Part shown: in pieces, positions 26,838 through 37,090 of the stretch | Numbering within the stretch: position 1 is the stretch's first letter | How the letters are laid out: every line of letters begins with the position of its first letter | Source: a candidate division TA06 bacterium | GTDB taxonomy: Bacteria; Edwardsbacteria; AC1; EtOH8 | Length of the DNA stretch: 64,000 bases | Assembly: GCA_016235665.1 (NCBI GenBank) | Contig: JACRJI010000003.1 | Location: forward strand, 160,061 to 224,060 | Direction of reading: 5' to 3' | Translations under genes and position numbers: made by a program | Notes under the pieces: generated by a model | Database searches by the model: none | What the model was told of the DNA's origin: nothing | Seen by the model: only the letters and a program-made list of their open reading frames with translations

Positions 26838-26881
26838 CCCCTTCCCTCTCCTAAAGCATTAGGAGAGGGAAGGGTGAGGTC
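26838..26881. repeat. Family D palindromic repeat
   Basis: cccttccctctcctaa-agca-ttaggagagggaaggg-tgaggtc. Confidence 0.8.
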
Positions 26882-26891
26882 AAAAGTATAC

Positions 26892-27530
26892 ATGAAAAAA
26901 GCCTTCGTCATATCATTCTTCATCCACCTGGCATTTTTGCTGGGCATCTTCGGCGCTTCCTACATCCTTAAAGCGTCGGCCAAGCCCATCTATCCCCAGA
27001 TCTACCAGGTCAGCCTGGTCTCATTGCCGGCCGCGGTGTCCGAGGGTTCCGAGGAATCAGGAGCCAGGGAAATGGTGGGACCGCAGCTACCGGATGACAA
27101 GGCCATGAAAGAACCTTCGGCCAAAAAGGAAAAGCCCAAGGCTGACAAGAAAGCCAAAGACACCACAAAGGCCAAAGCAGCATCCCCAAAATCCAATACC
27201 ACCGGGCTGGCCAAGGGCATGAAGATACTGTCCTCAGAGGGTGGCGTACCGTCAGACAACTATTACTTGGCGCTGATCCTGTCCAAGATCAGCCAGAACT
27301 GGAACAACCCCTACCAGGGAAAAAGGGAAACGGTACGGGCCCAGGTCTATTTTAGGATAGACAAGAACGGGAAACTGCAGGAGGTGAAGATCGAGAACTC
27401 CTCCGGGGACGCCATCTTCGACCAGTCGGCTCTGCGGGCGGTGTACGAGGCCAAAGTGTTTCCGCCGCTACCCGAGGAGATGAAACTGGCCACCTTGGGG
27501 GTGCATTTTGAGTTTGAGTACGTGAAGTGA
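26892..27530 (+). CDS. tolA: TolA/TonB-like protein
   Basis: S...H TM motif, Lys/Ala-rich linker, TonB_C domain (SSG..FD.SA.RAV, FPPLP). Confidence 0.8.
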   Translation: MKKAFVISFFIHLAFLLGIFGASYILKASAKPIYPQIYQVSLVSLPAAVSEGSEESGAREMVGPQLPDDKAMKEPSAKKEKPKADKKAKDTTKAKAASPKSNTTGLAKGMKILSSEGGVPSDNYYLALILSKISQNWNNPYQGKRETVRAQVYFRIDKNGKLQEVKIENSSGDAIFDQSALRAVYEAKVFPPLPEEMKLATLGVHFEFEYVK

Positions 27531-27570
27531 CCGCCCGCGAAACACGCGAAAGAAGAGACACCATTTATAT

Positions 27571-28863
27571 ATGAAAACGAAAATTCTTCTCCTTTTCCTG
27601 ACACCATTGATAATCTGCCAGAGTGCATTTGGCCAGGCCGACGTCTATCTGAAACTTTCCACCTCGGAGCGGCGGCAGCTGGAGTTGGGCATCGCGCCTT
27701 TGCAGACCCTGGATACCAAAGCTTCTCCCGATGCCGCGTTTAACGCCCAGAAGATGCTGGACATCATCGGCGACGACCTGGCCTTTTCCCTGTACTTCAA
27801 GATGGTCTACCCGCCGTCATTGCTGGAAGGCTACGGGCTGAAGAAGGGCCAGCTGGACATCGGGGCCTGGCAGATGCTGGGGGCCAGGCAGGTGCTGATC
27901 CCGGAGCTGAAACAGGAGAAGAAGAAGGTCATTCTTAAACTCTCGGTCTTCGACCTTGGCATCCAGCGCCAGGTATTCAGCAAGGCCATCGAGCCGGACG
28001 GCTCAAGGGCCACGGCCCACGCCGCCAGCGACCAGATCATCAAGAACCTGAGCGGCGAGAACGGCGTCTCCTCCACCAAGATAGCCTTCAGCCTGAAAAG
28101 CGGAAAGAACAAGGAACTGATGCTGGCCGATTACGACGGCGGCGGGTTCAGGGCCCTCACCAACTTCAACTCCATCAACATCTCACCCGACTGGCAGCCG
28201 GGCGGCGGGGCGCTGGCCTTCGTCTCCTTCTACCGCAACCGTACCGACATTGTTTCCCTGAACCTGGCCAGCGGCAAAACGGCCATCATCTCCCAGACCG
28301 AGGGGCTTAACACCTCTCCGGCCTGGTCCCCGGACGGAAAGTCCCTGGCTCTTACATTGTCCAAGGACGGCAACGCCGAGATCTACCTGCTGTCGCCGGA
28401 AACCAAGGAACTGCGCCGCCTCACCAATACCTGGGCCATAGACTGCTCGCCGGCCTGGTCGCCCAACGGGCGGGAACTGGTCTTCAATTCCGACCGGCCC
28501 GGCTCGCCCCAACTTTATATCATGGACACGGAAGGGGCTAACATCCGGCGGCTGACCTACCAGGGCGGCTACAACACCTCTCCCAGCTGGTCTCCCCGGG
28601 GCGACAAGATCGCTTTCGTCTCCCGGATCGACGGGAAATTCCAGGTCTGCACCATAGACATCACCGGGGACAACTTCGCCCAGCTGACCTACGAGGGCGA
28701 CAACGAGGACCCCAGCTGGTCGCCGGACGGCCTGCACCTGTGCTTCTCCTCCAGCCGCACCGGCAGTCACCAGGTCTGGCGGATGCACTGGGACGGCAGC
28801 GCCCAGCAGGCCATCACCAACAACGGCGGCTCGTACATGCCTGCCTGGGGCCCGGCCCAGTAA
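27571..28863 (+). CDS. tolB: TolB
   Basis: TolB_N followed by PD40 repeats (SP.WSP.G). Confidence 0.93.
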   Translation: MKTKILLLFLTPLIICQSAFGQADVYLKLSTSERRQLELGIAPLQTLDTKASPDAAFNAQKMLDIIGDDLAFSLYFKMVYPPSLLEGYGLKKGQLDIGAWQMLGARQVLIPELKQEKKKVILKLSVFDLGIQRQVFSKAIEPDGSRATAHAASDQIIKNLSGENGVSSTKIAFSLKSGKNKELMLADYDGGGFRALTNFNSINISPDWQPGGGALAFVSFYRNRTDIVSLNLASGKTAIISQTEGLNTSPAWSPDGKSLALTLSKDGNAEIYLLSPETKELRRLTNTWAIDCSPAWSPNGRELVFNSDRPGSPQLYIMDTEGANIRRLTYQGGYNTSPSWSPRGDKIAFVSRIDGKFQVCTIDITGDNFAQLTYEGDNEDPSWSPDGLHLCFSSSRTGSHQVWRMHWDGSAQQAITNNGGSYMPAWGPAQ

Positions 28864-28874
28864 GGCGTTTCCGG

Positions 28875-28903
28875 TTGAATAAATAAGTGATTTAGTATAT
28901 AAT
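28875..28903 (+). promoter_or_regulatory. Internal promoter for pal
   Basis: TTGAAT-17nt-TATAAT. Confidence 0.6.
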
Positions 28904-28961
28904 CAAGGCTGACCTTTTTTGGGCACCAATAATCAGTTCAAAATTAAATCTGAGGAAATCA

Positions 28962-29468
28962 ATGAACAAATATTTTACCGTAATTGCGATGTGCCTGATC
29001 CTGGCGCTTGGTTTTGGCTGTACCAAAAAGCAGACCGTGAAACAGGAAGAACCCATCAAACAACCGGAGGTGGCTATTCAAACACCGCCTGTGGCCACCC
29101 CGCCGGCCGAGGCCCAGCCGGTGGTTCCTAAGATAGAATTCAAGACGATATTCTTCGCCTTTGATTCCTATTCCCTGAACGAAGAGGGCAAGGCTTTGCT
29201 TAACCAGGCCGGCGGCCTGCTGCGCAGTTATCCCGATGTCGCCCTGCGGCTGGAAGGCCACTGCGACGAGCGGGGCACGGCCGAATATAACCTGGCCCTG
29301 GGCGAAAAGCGGGCCAACGCCGTCCGGGAGTACCTGGAGAACCTGGGCGTCAGCCGCTCCCGGCTGTCCACCGTCAGCTTCGGCAAGGAAAAACCCGCCG
29401 TAGCAGGCAACGATGAAGCCAGCTGGGCCAAGAACCGCAGGGTGGAGATCGTTCCGGCAGCCAAATAG
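28962..29468 (+). CDS. pal: Peptidoglycan-associated lipoprotein
   Basis: Lipobox FGC; EGHCDERGT.EYNLALGE.RA, NRRVE. Confidence 0.95.
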   Translation: MNKYFTVIAMCLILALGFGCTKKQTVKQEEPIKQPEVAIQTPPVATPPAEAQPVVPKIEFKTIFFAFDSYSLNEEGKALLNQAGGLLRSYPDVALRLEGHCDERGTAEYNLALGEKRANAVREYLENLGVSRSRLSTVSFGKEKPAVAGNDEASWAKNRRVEIVPAAK

Positions 29469-29587
29469 TATTTCCCGGGAAGGACAGGATTTACATGATC
29501 GACAGGATCACTTAAAATACCGGGAACCACGAAGGCCAACAAACCTTTGACAATTTTATCTTACAACAATAATTTCAAAAATACATC

Positions 29588-30298
29588 ATGAAAAAAACAT
29601 TGCTCTTGGTCTCACTATCCCTGGCTGTCTTCATGGGCTGCGGGATGAAGAAGGAATACATCCGGGTCACCGATCAGCTGGATTCCATCGAAGTGCGGGA
29701 GAAGAAGATCGACCGCCGGACCGCGGTGATGGACAGCCTGATCCAGGTGCAGATGGGGATGATCTACGAACTGCGGGCCGAGCTTAAAAGCCTTTCCTCC
29801 ACCGCCGGGGAGAAGTGGAGCATAGCCGAGCAGCAGCAGGAGGACAACAAGTACCGCCCCCTGCCCATCGGCCCCAGTCAGCCGGACCCCAAGGGGCCGG
29901 CCCCGGAGCCGAAAGCTGAAGTTCCCGCCGAGACCAACCCCAAGAAACTTTACGATGCTTCGTATCTGGACATCACCAAGGGCAACTACGACCTGGCTTT
30001 GGCCGGGTTCAACGAGTTCATCAAGCGGTTCCCCAAGCACGACCTGGCCGACAACGCCCAGTACTGGATCGGCGAAGGGTATTACGCCCAGAAGAAGTAT
30101 GAGCCGGCTTTGACCGAGTTCGAAAAAGTGGTGGGAAACTATCCGGGCAAGGACAAGGAACCGGCCGCGCTTTACAAGATGGGCCTGTGCCTCCAGGAGA
30201 TGGGCGACAAGGCCAAGGCCCGGCAATACTGGCAGCTGCTGGTTAAAAAATACCCCAAAAGCCCCGAAGCCGCCCTGGCCAAGGACAAGCTGAAATAA
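29588..30298 (+). CDS. cpoB: Tol-Pal protein CpoB/YbgF
   Basis: Lipobox MGC, coiled coil, TPR with ADNAQYWIGE and YPKS.EA. Confidence 0.9.
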   Translation: MKKTLLLVSLSLAVFMGCGMKKEYIRVTDQLDSIEVREKKIDRRTAVMDSLIQVQMGMIYELRAELKSLSSTAGEKWSIAEQQQEDNKYRPLPIGPSQPDPKGPAPEPKAEVPAETNPKKLYDASYLDITKGNYDLALAGFNEFIKRFPKHDLADNAQYWIGEGYYAQKKYEPALTEFEKVVGNYPGKDKEPAALYKMGLCLQEMGDKAKARQYWQLLVKKYPKSPEAALAKDKLK

Positions 30299-30328
30299 AG
30301 GTTCTCCCGGGAAATGTAGAAATCAATG

Positions 30329-30362
30329 AAAAAGGCCCTTCCCTTTGGGAAGAGGCCTTTTT
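30329..30362 (+). terminator. Terminator after tol-pal
   Basis: aaaaaggcc-cttccc-ttt-gggaag-a-ggccttttt. Confidence 0.8.
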
Positions 30363-30376
30363 GCATCATTTTTTTG

Positions 30377-30405
30377 TTGACTTTGAAATATGGCGGGGTT
30401 AAACT
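30377..30405 (+). promoter_or_regulatory. Putative promoter of the PMM operon
   Basis: TTGACT-17nt-TAAACT. Confidence 0.55.
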
Positions 30406-30458
30406 TATAAGTTATGGTAAAACGGTTCAACAAACCGTTTTAAGTTCTATAAGCTGTA

Positions 30459-30513
30459 AACTCAACCCCTATATCCCCTTCTCTTTTAAAGAGAAGGGGA
30501 CGGGGGATGAGTT
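30459..30513. repeat. Family D palindromic repeat
   Basis: aactca...tccccttctcttt-t-aaagagaagggga...tgagtt. Confidence 0.8.
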
Positions 30514-30577
30514 CAAACAGGTACCTGAATTACTAAATTTAAAATAAATCTTTAACCATCATATAGCAAGGAGCAAT

Positions 30578-31924
30578 ATGCCGGTCAATCCAAAAATATT
30601 CAAGGCCTACGACATCCGCGGGGTCTATCCCAATGAGCTGGACGAGGCCCAGGCCAAGGAGATCGGGCGGGCTTTGGTGGACCACCTGAACTGCAAGACC
30701 GTGGCCGTGGGCCGGGACATGCGGACCTCGTCCCAGCCGCTGTTCACCGCCCTGGCTGAGGGCATCACCATGCAAGGGGCTCAGGTGATAGACGTGGGGC
30801 TGGTCTCCACCGACGGCCTGTATTTTGCGGTGGGCAAGTTCGGCTTTGATGCCGGGGTGATGATCACCGCCAGCCACAATCCGGCCCAGTACAACGGCCT
30901 GAAGATCTGCCAGGCCAACGCCATCCCGCTTTCCGGGGACGAGGGCCTGAACCAGATGCGGGACCTGATAAACCAGGGCAAGCTGAAAACGGGGGCCTCC
31001 AAGGGAACGATAATATCCCGGGACATAGACCTGGATTACATCAGCCACTGTCTGTCGTTTGTGGACCACAAGAAGATCTGGGGATACAAGATAGCGGTGG
31101 ACGCCGGCAACGGCATGGCCGGGCGCACCATCCCGCCCATTTTCCGCCAGCTGCCGGGCACCCTGGTGCCGATGTTCTTTGACCTGGACGGGACCTTCCC
31201 CAACCACCCGGCCAGTCCCATAGAGCCGGAGAACATCGCGGCCCTGCAGGAGACGGTGGTCAAGGAACACTGCGACTTTGGGGCGGCTTTTGACGGCGAC
31301 GCCGACCGGATGTTCTTAGTGGACGAGAAGGGCCGGGGCCTGGCCGGCTCGGACGTGGCGGCCCTGGTTTCCAAAATGCTGTTGAAGAAGAACCCCGGCT
31401 CGGCCATATTGTACAACGCCATCTGTTCCCGCTGCGTCAAGGAGACTGTGGAGAAATACGGGGGCAAGGCCGTGCGCAGCAAGGTGGGCCACGCCCTGAT
31501 CAAGCCGCTGATGCGGGAACACAACGCCATTTTCGGCGGCGAGCACTCCGGGCATTTCTACTTTAGGGACAACTGGTTCGCCGATTCCGGGCTGATAGCC
31601 TTCCTGGTCTGCTGGCAGTTGATCTCCGAGGAGAACAAGCCGCTGTCCCAGCTGGTGGACGAGATAGACCGCTATGTGCGCATTCCCGAGACCAACACCA
31701 CCGTGCAGGACATCCCGGGGAAACTGGCCGAGCTGGAGAAGATCTATTCCGCCAAAGGCGCCCAGCTGGACCATTTGGACGGTTTGACCATTTCCTATCC
31801 CGACTGGTGGGCCAACATCCGGCCCTCCAACACCGAGCCTCTGCTGAGGCTGAACGTGGAGGCGGAGTCGCAGTCACTTTTAGATCAAAAGTCAGAAGAA
31901 TTGTTGAAAACAATAAGATCTTAA
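30578..31924 (+). CDS. manB: Phosphomannomutase/phosphoglucomutase
   Basis: FKAYDIRG, ITASHNP, FDGDADR, GEHSGH, RPSNTEP. Confidence 0.93.
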   Translation: MPVNPKIFKAYDIRGVYPNELDEAQAKEIGRALVDHLNCKTVAVGRDMRTSSQPLFTALAEGITMQGAQVIDVGLVSTDGLYFAVGKFGFDAGVMITASHNPAQYNGLKICQANAIPLSGDEGLNQMRDLINQGKLKTGASKGTIISRDIDLDYISHCLSFVDHKKIWGYKIAVDAGNGMAGRTIPPIFRQLPGTLVPMFFDLDGTFPNHPASPIEPENIAALQETVVKEHCDFGAAFDGDADRMFLVDEKGRGLAGSDVAALVSKMLLKKNPGSAILYNAICSRCVKETVEKYGGKAVRSKVGHALIKPLMREHNAIFGGEHSGHFYFRDNWFADSGLIAFLVCWQLISEENKPLSQLVDEIDRYVRIPETNTTVQDIPGKLAELEKIYSAKGAQLDHLDGLTISYPDWWANIRPSNTEPLLRLNVEAESQSLLDQKSEELLKTIRS

Positions 31925-31931
31925 AACACAT

Positions 31932-33602
31932 TTGTTGCAATTTGATTATCAAAAAATATTTCTAAAAAGCTTCCGGCCCTATCTATGGATCATGGGCCTG
32001 GGGTTCCTCCTCTATTTCCGGGCCTTGGGCCTGGGCTATGTTTCCCTGGACGACGAACATCTGATCGTCCAAAACTACCCTCACATCTCAAATCATGCCA
32101 ACCTGCCCCAGGCCTTTCTCAAAGACGTCTACTGGCGCAACCCCGGAACCTACTACCGTCCGCTGTTGAACGTATCGCTGATGCTGGACGCCGCCTGGGG
32201 CGGCACGAAGCCCTTTGCCTATCACTTTACCAACATCCTGCTGCACCTGGCTTGCGGCCTGCTTATATTTGCTTTTTTCCAGAAGCTTGGGTTTGGCCGG
32301 TTGCGGTCTTTCGCCGACTCGTTGTTCTACATAGCCCACCCGGCGCTGGTCCAGGCTGCGGCCTGGATCCCCGGACGCAACGATACCCTGCTGACCCTGA
32401 TGATCCTGGCCGGGTTCATATTTCTGATCCGCTATCTTGAGAAACACAAGGTCTACGATCTTTTTGGACACTTTATTTTCTTCGGGCTGGCCTGCCTGAC
32501 CAAGGAAGCAGCCGTGGTCTTTCCGGTCATGGGGCTCGTTTTTATCTGGGCCGGTTTCAAAGAAAATCTGTCTTTAAAAAAACTGACCCCATTGATCACT
32601 GGTTGGGTCATCATACTGGCCGGTTGGTACGGGATGCGGTGGCTGGCTATCTCTCCGGCGGTCAACGCCCACGAAAGACAGTTCGCCAACTTTAAGGAAA
32701 TTCTGATAGGTTTGGTCTCCTACACCGGCAAAGTCTTTTTCCCCTTCAATCTATCAGTCCTGCCGCTGGCCGGGGACGTCAAGATATTCTGGGGTCTGAT
32801 GGCAATAGCGCTGATGCTTGCCTTGGCGCTGGTCAAAGGGATCCACAATCGTAAAATGTTCTTCTTTGGGTTAGGCTGGTACCTGCTGTTCCTGCTGCCC
32901 ACCTTCGTCAAACTGGCCGGGCAGATCAACTACCTGGAACACAGGCTCTACCTGCCGCTGACCGGCGTGGTGGTAATGCTGCTGGAAACGAACCTCGTCC
33001 GAAAAATCACCCTGAAACCAGCGCTGATGGCCGGATTGCCCGTCCTTATTGTCTTCGGGGTGCTTGCGACAAGGCACATTGCCGACTTTAAAAGTGACCA
33101 GACATTCTGGGGCAACGCCGCCCGAACCTCGCCCAACTCAGGCCTGGCCCACCAAATGCTGGGAAGGGCATGGGTAAGGGCACAGCAGCCGGCTTTGGCC
33201 GAGTGGGAATTCCTGCGGGCCGCGCAACTGGATCCCAAAGGGCCGTCGATACCCAACGACCTGGCCCTGCTGTACCTGGATTATGGCAGATTTCAAAAGG
33301 CGGGGGAGCAATTCCAGAAAGTGCTGCAGCTTGACCCTAACTACGCCAATGTCCGCAACAACCTGGCGCTGGTATATTTCAACCTGGGGATGCTGGATTC
33401 TTCGCGACATCAGCTTCAGGAGGCCATCAGGCTTGATCCTTCGGCCCCCCAGCCGTACGACAATCTGGGCGTGCTTTTAATGCAGGCAGGCAAACTGGAT
33501 TCTGCCGAATATCATTTGAAGAAAGCACTTTCCCTGAACCCCGCTGACTCGGCGGCCCGACAGCATTTTTCCCAACTCCAACAATTAAAAGGAAGCAGAT
33601 AA
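31932..33602 (+). CDS. TMTC-like GT-C glycosyltransferase with C-terminal TPRs
   Basis: LDD, YYRPL, HP.....W..GRND, KE, EHRLYLP; multi-TM plus TPR; exact start uncertain. Confidence 0.8.
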   Translation: MLQFDYQKIFLKSFRPYLWIMGLGFLLYFRALGLGYVSLDDEHLIVQNYPHISNHANLPQAFLKDVYWRNPGTYYRPLLNVSLMLDAAWGGTKPFAYHFTNILLHLACGLLIFAFFQKLGFGRLRSFADSLFYIAHPALVQAAAWIPGRNDTLLTLMILAGFIFLIRYLEKHKVYDLFGHFIFFGLACLTKEAAVVFPVMGLVFIWAGFKENLSLKKLTPLITGWVIILAGWYGMRWLAISPAVNAHERQFANFKEILIGLVSYTGKVFFPFNLSVLPLAGDVKIFWGLMAIALMLALALVKGIHNRKMFFFGLGWYLLFLLPTFVKLAGQINYLEHRLYLPLTGVVVMLLETNLVRKITLKPALMAGLPVLIVFGVLATRHIADFKSDQTFWGNAARTSPNSGLAHQMLGRAWVRAQQPALAEWEFLRAAQLDPKGPSIPNDLALLYLDYGRFQKAGEQFQKVLQLDPNYANVRNNLALVYFNLGMLDSSRHQLQEAIRLDPSAPQPYDNLGVLLMQAGKLDSAEYHLKKALSLNPADSAARQHFSQLQQLKGSR

Positions 33603-33603
33603 C

Positions 33604-35394
33604 ATGTCCGGTAAGAATGCGGCAGCGGCCGGAAATATTTTTCGCTCTATGACAGCTTCCTGGCGGCCGTATGTCCTGTTGGCTCTGGTGGTAGCGGGTC
33701 TTTATGCCCAGACCCTGCGCTTTGATTTTTCCGGCCACGACGACTACCAGCTCATCAAGGAAAAGGCCGGGATGCTTACCAACCTGGCCAATGTCCTGAA
33801 AGCCTTTGAAACAGACGTGGTCTGGGGACATCAGGAGATGTATTATCGCCCGGTGCTGACGCTTTCCTTCATGGCCGACGCCATCTGGGGCGGGATGAAA
33901 CCCTTCGCCTTTCATCTGGGCAACCTGCTGCTGCACCTGCTGGCGGTGCTTTTACTGTTCCGGTTCCTGTCGCGGCTGGGAATACCTCCCGGGCGGGGCT
34001 TGGTGGCCTCCCTGTTCTTTGCCGTGCACCCGCTGCTGGCCCAGGGGGTGGGCTGGATCCCCGGCCGGAACGACCCGCTTTTGACAGTATTGGTTTTGGG
34101 TTCGTTCCTGGCTTTCATTGAATACCTCCAAAAAGGAAGTAATTGGGTTTTGGACGCCCATTTAGTGCTCTTCCTCCTGGCACTGCTTAGCAAAGAGACC
34201 GCGGTTTTCCTGCCGGTCATGGCTTTTGTCTATTGGCTGCTTTCAAGGAAGAATGACAAAAATGACGGCGGCGTGAATATCATTTTGCCGATAGCGGGAT
34301 GGATAATGATGGCTGCGGTCTATTATTTATTAAGGATGAACGCAATTAAGCCCGGGGCCGGCGTGGCCGCCGCCAGGGTCAATACCTTATCCCAGAACCT
34401 GACGGGGTTTGTAAGCTATATCGGCAAAGTGTTCTTCCCCTTTAAACTATCCGGGGACCCGATCCCGGCCGATCTGCCGGTAGGCTACGGCTTGTTCTCT
34501 CTGGCCGGGCTGGCCGCCGTATTTATCCTGGGAGGCATCAGGGACCGGAAGCTGTTCTGGTTCGGTCTGTCGTGGTTCATCTTGTTCCTGGTGCCGACCT
34601 TTTTGGGCAACACCTCCTATGCCAATTTTGCCGAGCACCGGATGTACCTTCCCCTGTGCGGTTTTGCAGTGATGCTGCTCCAGTCGGGCCTGAAGCTGTC
34701 AAGCCGCCCGGAGCGAACGGCTGCGGCCGCCGTCGTTACGATCTGGCTGCTGGCTTTTGTCCTGCTGAATGTTCTTCACACAAGAAACTATGCCAATCGG
34801 TTCAGCTACTGGGGCAACACCGTAAAGAATTCCCCCCATTCCTATCATGCCCATAACATGCTGGGCCGGTGCTATGCCCAGGAGGGGTCCTACGCCAGGG
34901 CGGAGGAGGAATTCATCATTTCCTGGAAGATGAATCCGCAGCACACCACAGCCTATAACGATCTGGGGCTGCTGTATCTGGGCCAGGGCCGGGCCGGCGA
35001 GGCCGAGGCGGTCTTCCGGGAACTGCTGGCCAGGGAGCCTTCCAATGCCGGGGCCCGCAATAATCTGGGCCTGCTTTACCTGCAGCAGAACCGGCTGGAC
35101 GAAGCCGAACGGGAGTTTCTGGAGTCGGCAAAATTGAACCCCGGCAAGGCGGAGATTTACGATAACCTGGGGGTGGTCCATTTTAAACGGGGATCGCTTC
35201 CCCAGGCCGAACAATATTTTCTGCAGGCGGCGGCGCTTGATCCCGAAGACATAAAAGTGAACTTTCATCTGGCCTCGCTGTACTACCGGGCCCGGGAATA
35301 TCCAAAAGCCATTGATCATTATGACAAAGCGATAAGTCTGGGGATGACCCCTGATGCCAGGGTGGAGGAGGCTCTGAGGCCCCACCGGCGTTGA
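33604..35394 (+). CDS. Second TMTC-like GT-C/TPR protein
   Basis: HDD, YYRPV, HP.....W..GRND, SKE, EHRMYLP; TPRs. Confidence 0.82.
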   Translation: MSGKNAAAAGNIFRSMTASWRPYVLLALVVAGLYAQTLRFDFSGHDDYQLIKEKAGMLTNLANVLKAFETDVVWGHQEMYYRPVLTLSFMADAIWGGMKPFAFHLGNLLLHLLAVLLLFRFLSRLGIPPGRGLVASLFFAVHPLLAQGVGWIPGRNDPLLTVLVLGSFLAFIEYLQKGSNWVLDAHLVLFLLALLSKETAVFLPVMAFVYWLLSRKNDKNDGGVNIILPIAGWIMMAAVYYLLRMNAIKPGAGVAAARVNTLSQNLTGFVSYIGKVFFPFKLSGDPIPADLPVGYGLFSLAGLAAVFILGGIRDRKLFWFGLSWFILFLVPTFLGNTSYANFAEHRMYLPLCGFAVMLLQSGLKLSSRPERTAAAAVVTIWLLAFVLLNVLHTRNYANRFSYWGNTVKNSPHSYHAHNMLGRCYAQEGSYARAEEEFIISWKMNPQHTTAYNDLGLLYLGQGRAGEAEAVFRELLAREPSNAGARNNLGLLYLQQNRLDEAEREFLESAKLNPGKAEIYDNLGVVHFKRGSLPQAEQYFLQAAALDPEDIKVNFHLASLYYRAREYPKAIDHYDKAISLGMTPDARVEEALRPHRR

Positions 35395-35461
35395 TCCTGT
35401 TCCGGTAATAATTCCGGCTGCCGGGACAAAGAAATCATCATATTGTGAATAATTCGCCATC

Positions 35462-36262
35462 ATGAATTCTGAAATCCTAAAATATCCCCTGGACGCTATA
35501 GATACCCACCTTCACAGCCGGATCTCCTGCGATTCCGAGATGGGCATGCAGGCCGCCTGCCGCCAGGCCCTTAAGCTGGGGCTGAAGGCACTGGTCTTTA
35601 CCGAGCACGCTGACTTTGACCCTTCGGATCAGGGCTGCGGTTTTTATGATGACCGGAAGTACAATGAAGAGCTAACCGAGGCCCGGGTGGCCATGGGCCG
35701 CTCGCTTAAAATCTACAAGGGCATAGAGATCACCTACCAGCCCCGGCGGCGCCAGCAGATCCTGGACTTCATCCACCGGCACCAGTTCGACTTCACCATC
35801 GGTTCGGTGCACATGGTGGGCTCCAAGGATATCTCGAGACCGGAGCTGGCCAAAAAACATTACAGCGCCATCGAGGAGGAACAGGCCTACGGCGAGTATT
35901 TTCAGGAAGTGGAGAAGCTGACAGACAGCCGGCTGTTCGACTGCCTGGGCCACCTGGACCTGTGCAAAAGATACGGGCATCTGCATTACGGTCCGCTGGT
36001 CTACAAAAAGTACGAGAAGAATTATAAGAAAATATTGAAGCATCTGATCCAGGCCGGCATGATGCTGGAGGTCAACACCTCCGGCCTGCGCCAGCAGGTG
36101 AAGGAGACCTTTCCCCCCTACCCGGCGGTGCTGGAATACCTGAAAATGGGGGGCACCAGGCTGACCCTGGGCAGCGACGCCCACCGGGTCCAGGACATAG
36201 GCCATGATTTCGGAACAGTGCTGTACGACATCCCCCAACTCAACCAGATAAAGCGCAAATGA
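35462..36262 (+). CDS. PHP-family histidinol-phosphatase (HisJ-like)
   Basis: DTHLH, TEH, GSVH, GHLD, EVNTSG, GSDAH. Confidence 0.85.
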   Translation: MNSEILKYPLDAIDTHLHSRISCDSEMGMQAACRQALKLGLKALVFTEHADFDPSDQGCGFYDDRKYNEELTEARVAMGRSLKIYKGIEITYQPRRRQQILDFIHRHQFDFTIGSVHMVGSKDISRPELAKKHYSAIEEEQAYGEYFQEVEKLTDSRLFDCLGHLDLCKRYGHLHYGPLVYKKYEKNYKKILKHLIQAGMMLEVNTSGLRQQVKETFPPYPAVLEYLKMGGTRLTLGSDAHRVQDIGHDFGTVLYDIPQLNQIKRK

Positions 36263-37050
36263 AAATTGCTTTGACCATCGCCGGCTCCGACAGCGGGGCC
36301 GGGGCCGGGATCCAGGCCGATCTCAAGACCTTCGCCGCCTGCGGGGTCTACGGCATCAACGTCATCACCGCCCTGACCGCCCAAAACACCCAGGGCGTGT
36401 TCGGCATCTTTCCGGTCAAGCCCGAGTTCATCAGCCGGCAGCTGGAGGTTCTGCTTAAGGACATGGGCTGCCAGGCCGTCAAGACCGGGATGCTTTTCAA
36501 CCGCCAGGTGATAGAGACCGTGGCCCACGACCTCCGCAAGCACAAGATGGGACCTCTGGTAGTGGACCCGGTGATGGTGGCCAAGGGCGGCCATTCGCTG
36601 CTGCAGCCCGAGGCCGAAGCGGCCCTGGTATCCTGCCTTTTCCCCCTGGCCTTTTTGGTGACCCCCAACCTGGACGAAGCCAAGCGGATATCCAAGATGA
36701 AGACCATCGCCAATCTGGACCAGATGAAGGAGGCGGCCTTCAAGATCTCGGTGCTTGGTCCGCGCCACGTGCTGATCAAGGGCGGGCATCTGCCGGGCAA
36801 TGCCACCGATCTTTTGTTCGACGGCCACAAGTTCACCGTGCTGGAGGCCCCGCGCATCAACACCTCCAACACCCACGGCACAGGCTGCACTTATTCGGCG
36901 GCCATCACAGCCTTTCTGGCCAGGGGAGAGAAGATCGACAGCGCCGTGGCCCGGGCCAAGCGCTATGTGACCGGGGGGATAAAGAATTCCCTGTCCATCG
37001 GCCACGGCCACGGCCCTCTGGATCATTTCTGGGAGACCGAAATAAAATAA
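36259..37050 (+). CDS. thiD: Hydroxymethylpyrimidine/phosphomethylpyrimidine kinase
   Basis: [33 protein letters not shown]. Confidence 0.95.
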   Translation: MKIALTIAGSDSGAGAGIQADLKTFAACGVYGINVITALTAQNTQGVFGIFPVKPEFISRQLEVLLKDMGCQAVKTGMLFNRQVIETVAHDLRKHKMGPLVVDPVMVAKGGHSLLQPEAEAALVSCLFPLAFLVTPNLDEAKRISKMKTIANLDQMKEAAFKISVLGPRHVLIKGGHLPGNATDLLFDGHKFTVLEAPRINTSNTHGTGCTYSAAITAFLARGEKIDSAVARAKRYVTGGIKNSLSIGHGHGPLDHFWETEIK

Positions 37051-37090
37051 TCCCGCCGTCCTCGTTATCAACTTTTCAGGTAAGCACGCC

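Noticed and set aside
26748-26891. Upstream starts for tolA (also 6998 rubredoxin, 9391 TPR, 15192 permease)
   Set aside because: The extensions start in or run through palindromic repeats; better starts exist downstream
36200-36262. TPP riboswitch before thiD
   Set aside because: thiD overlaps the upstream gene; no leader or TPP consensus was seen
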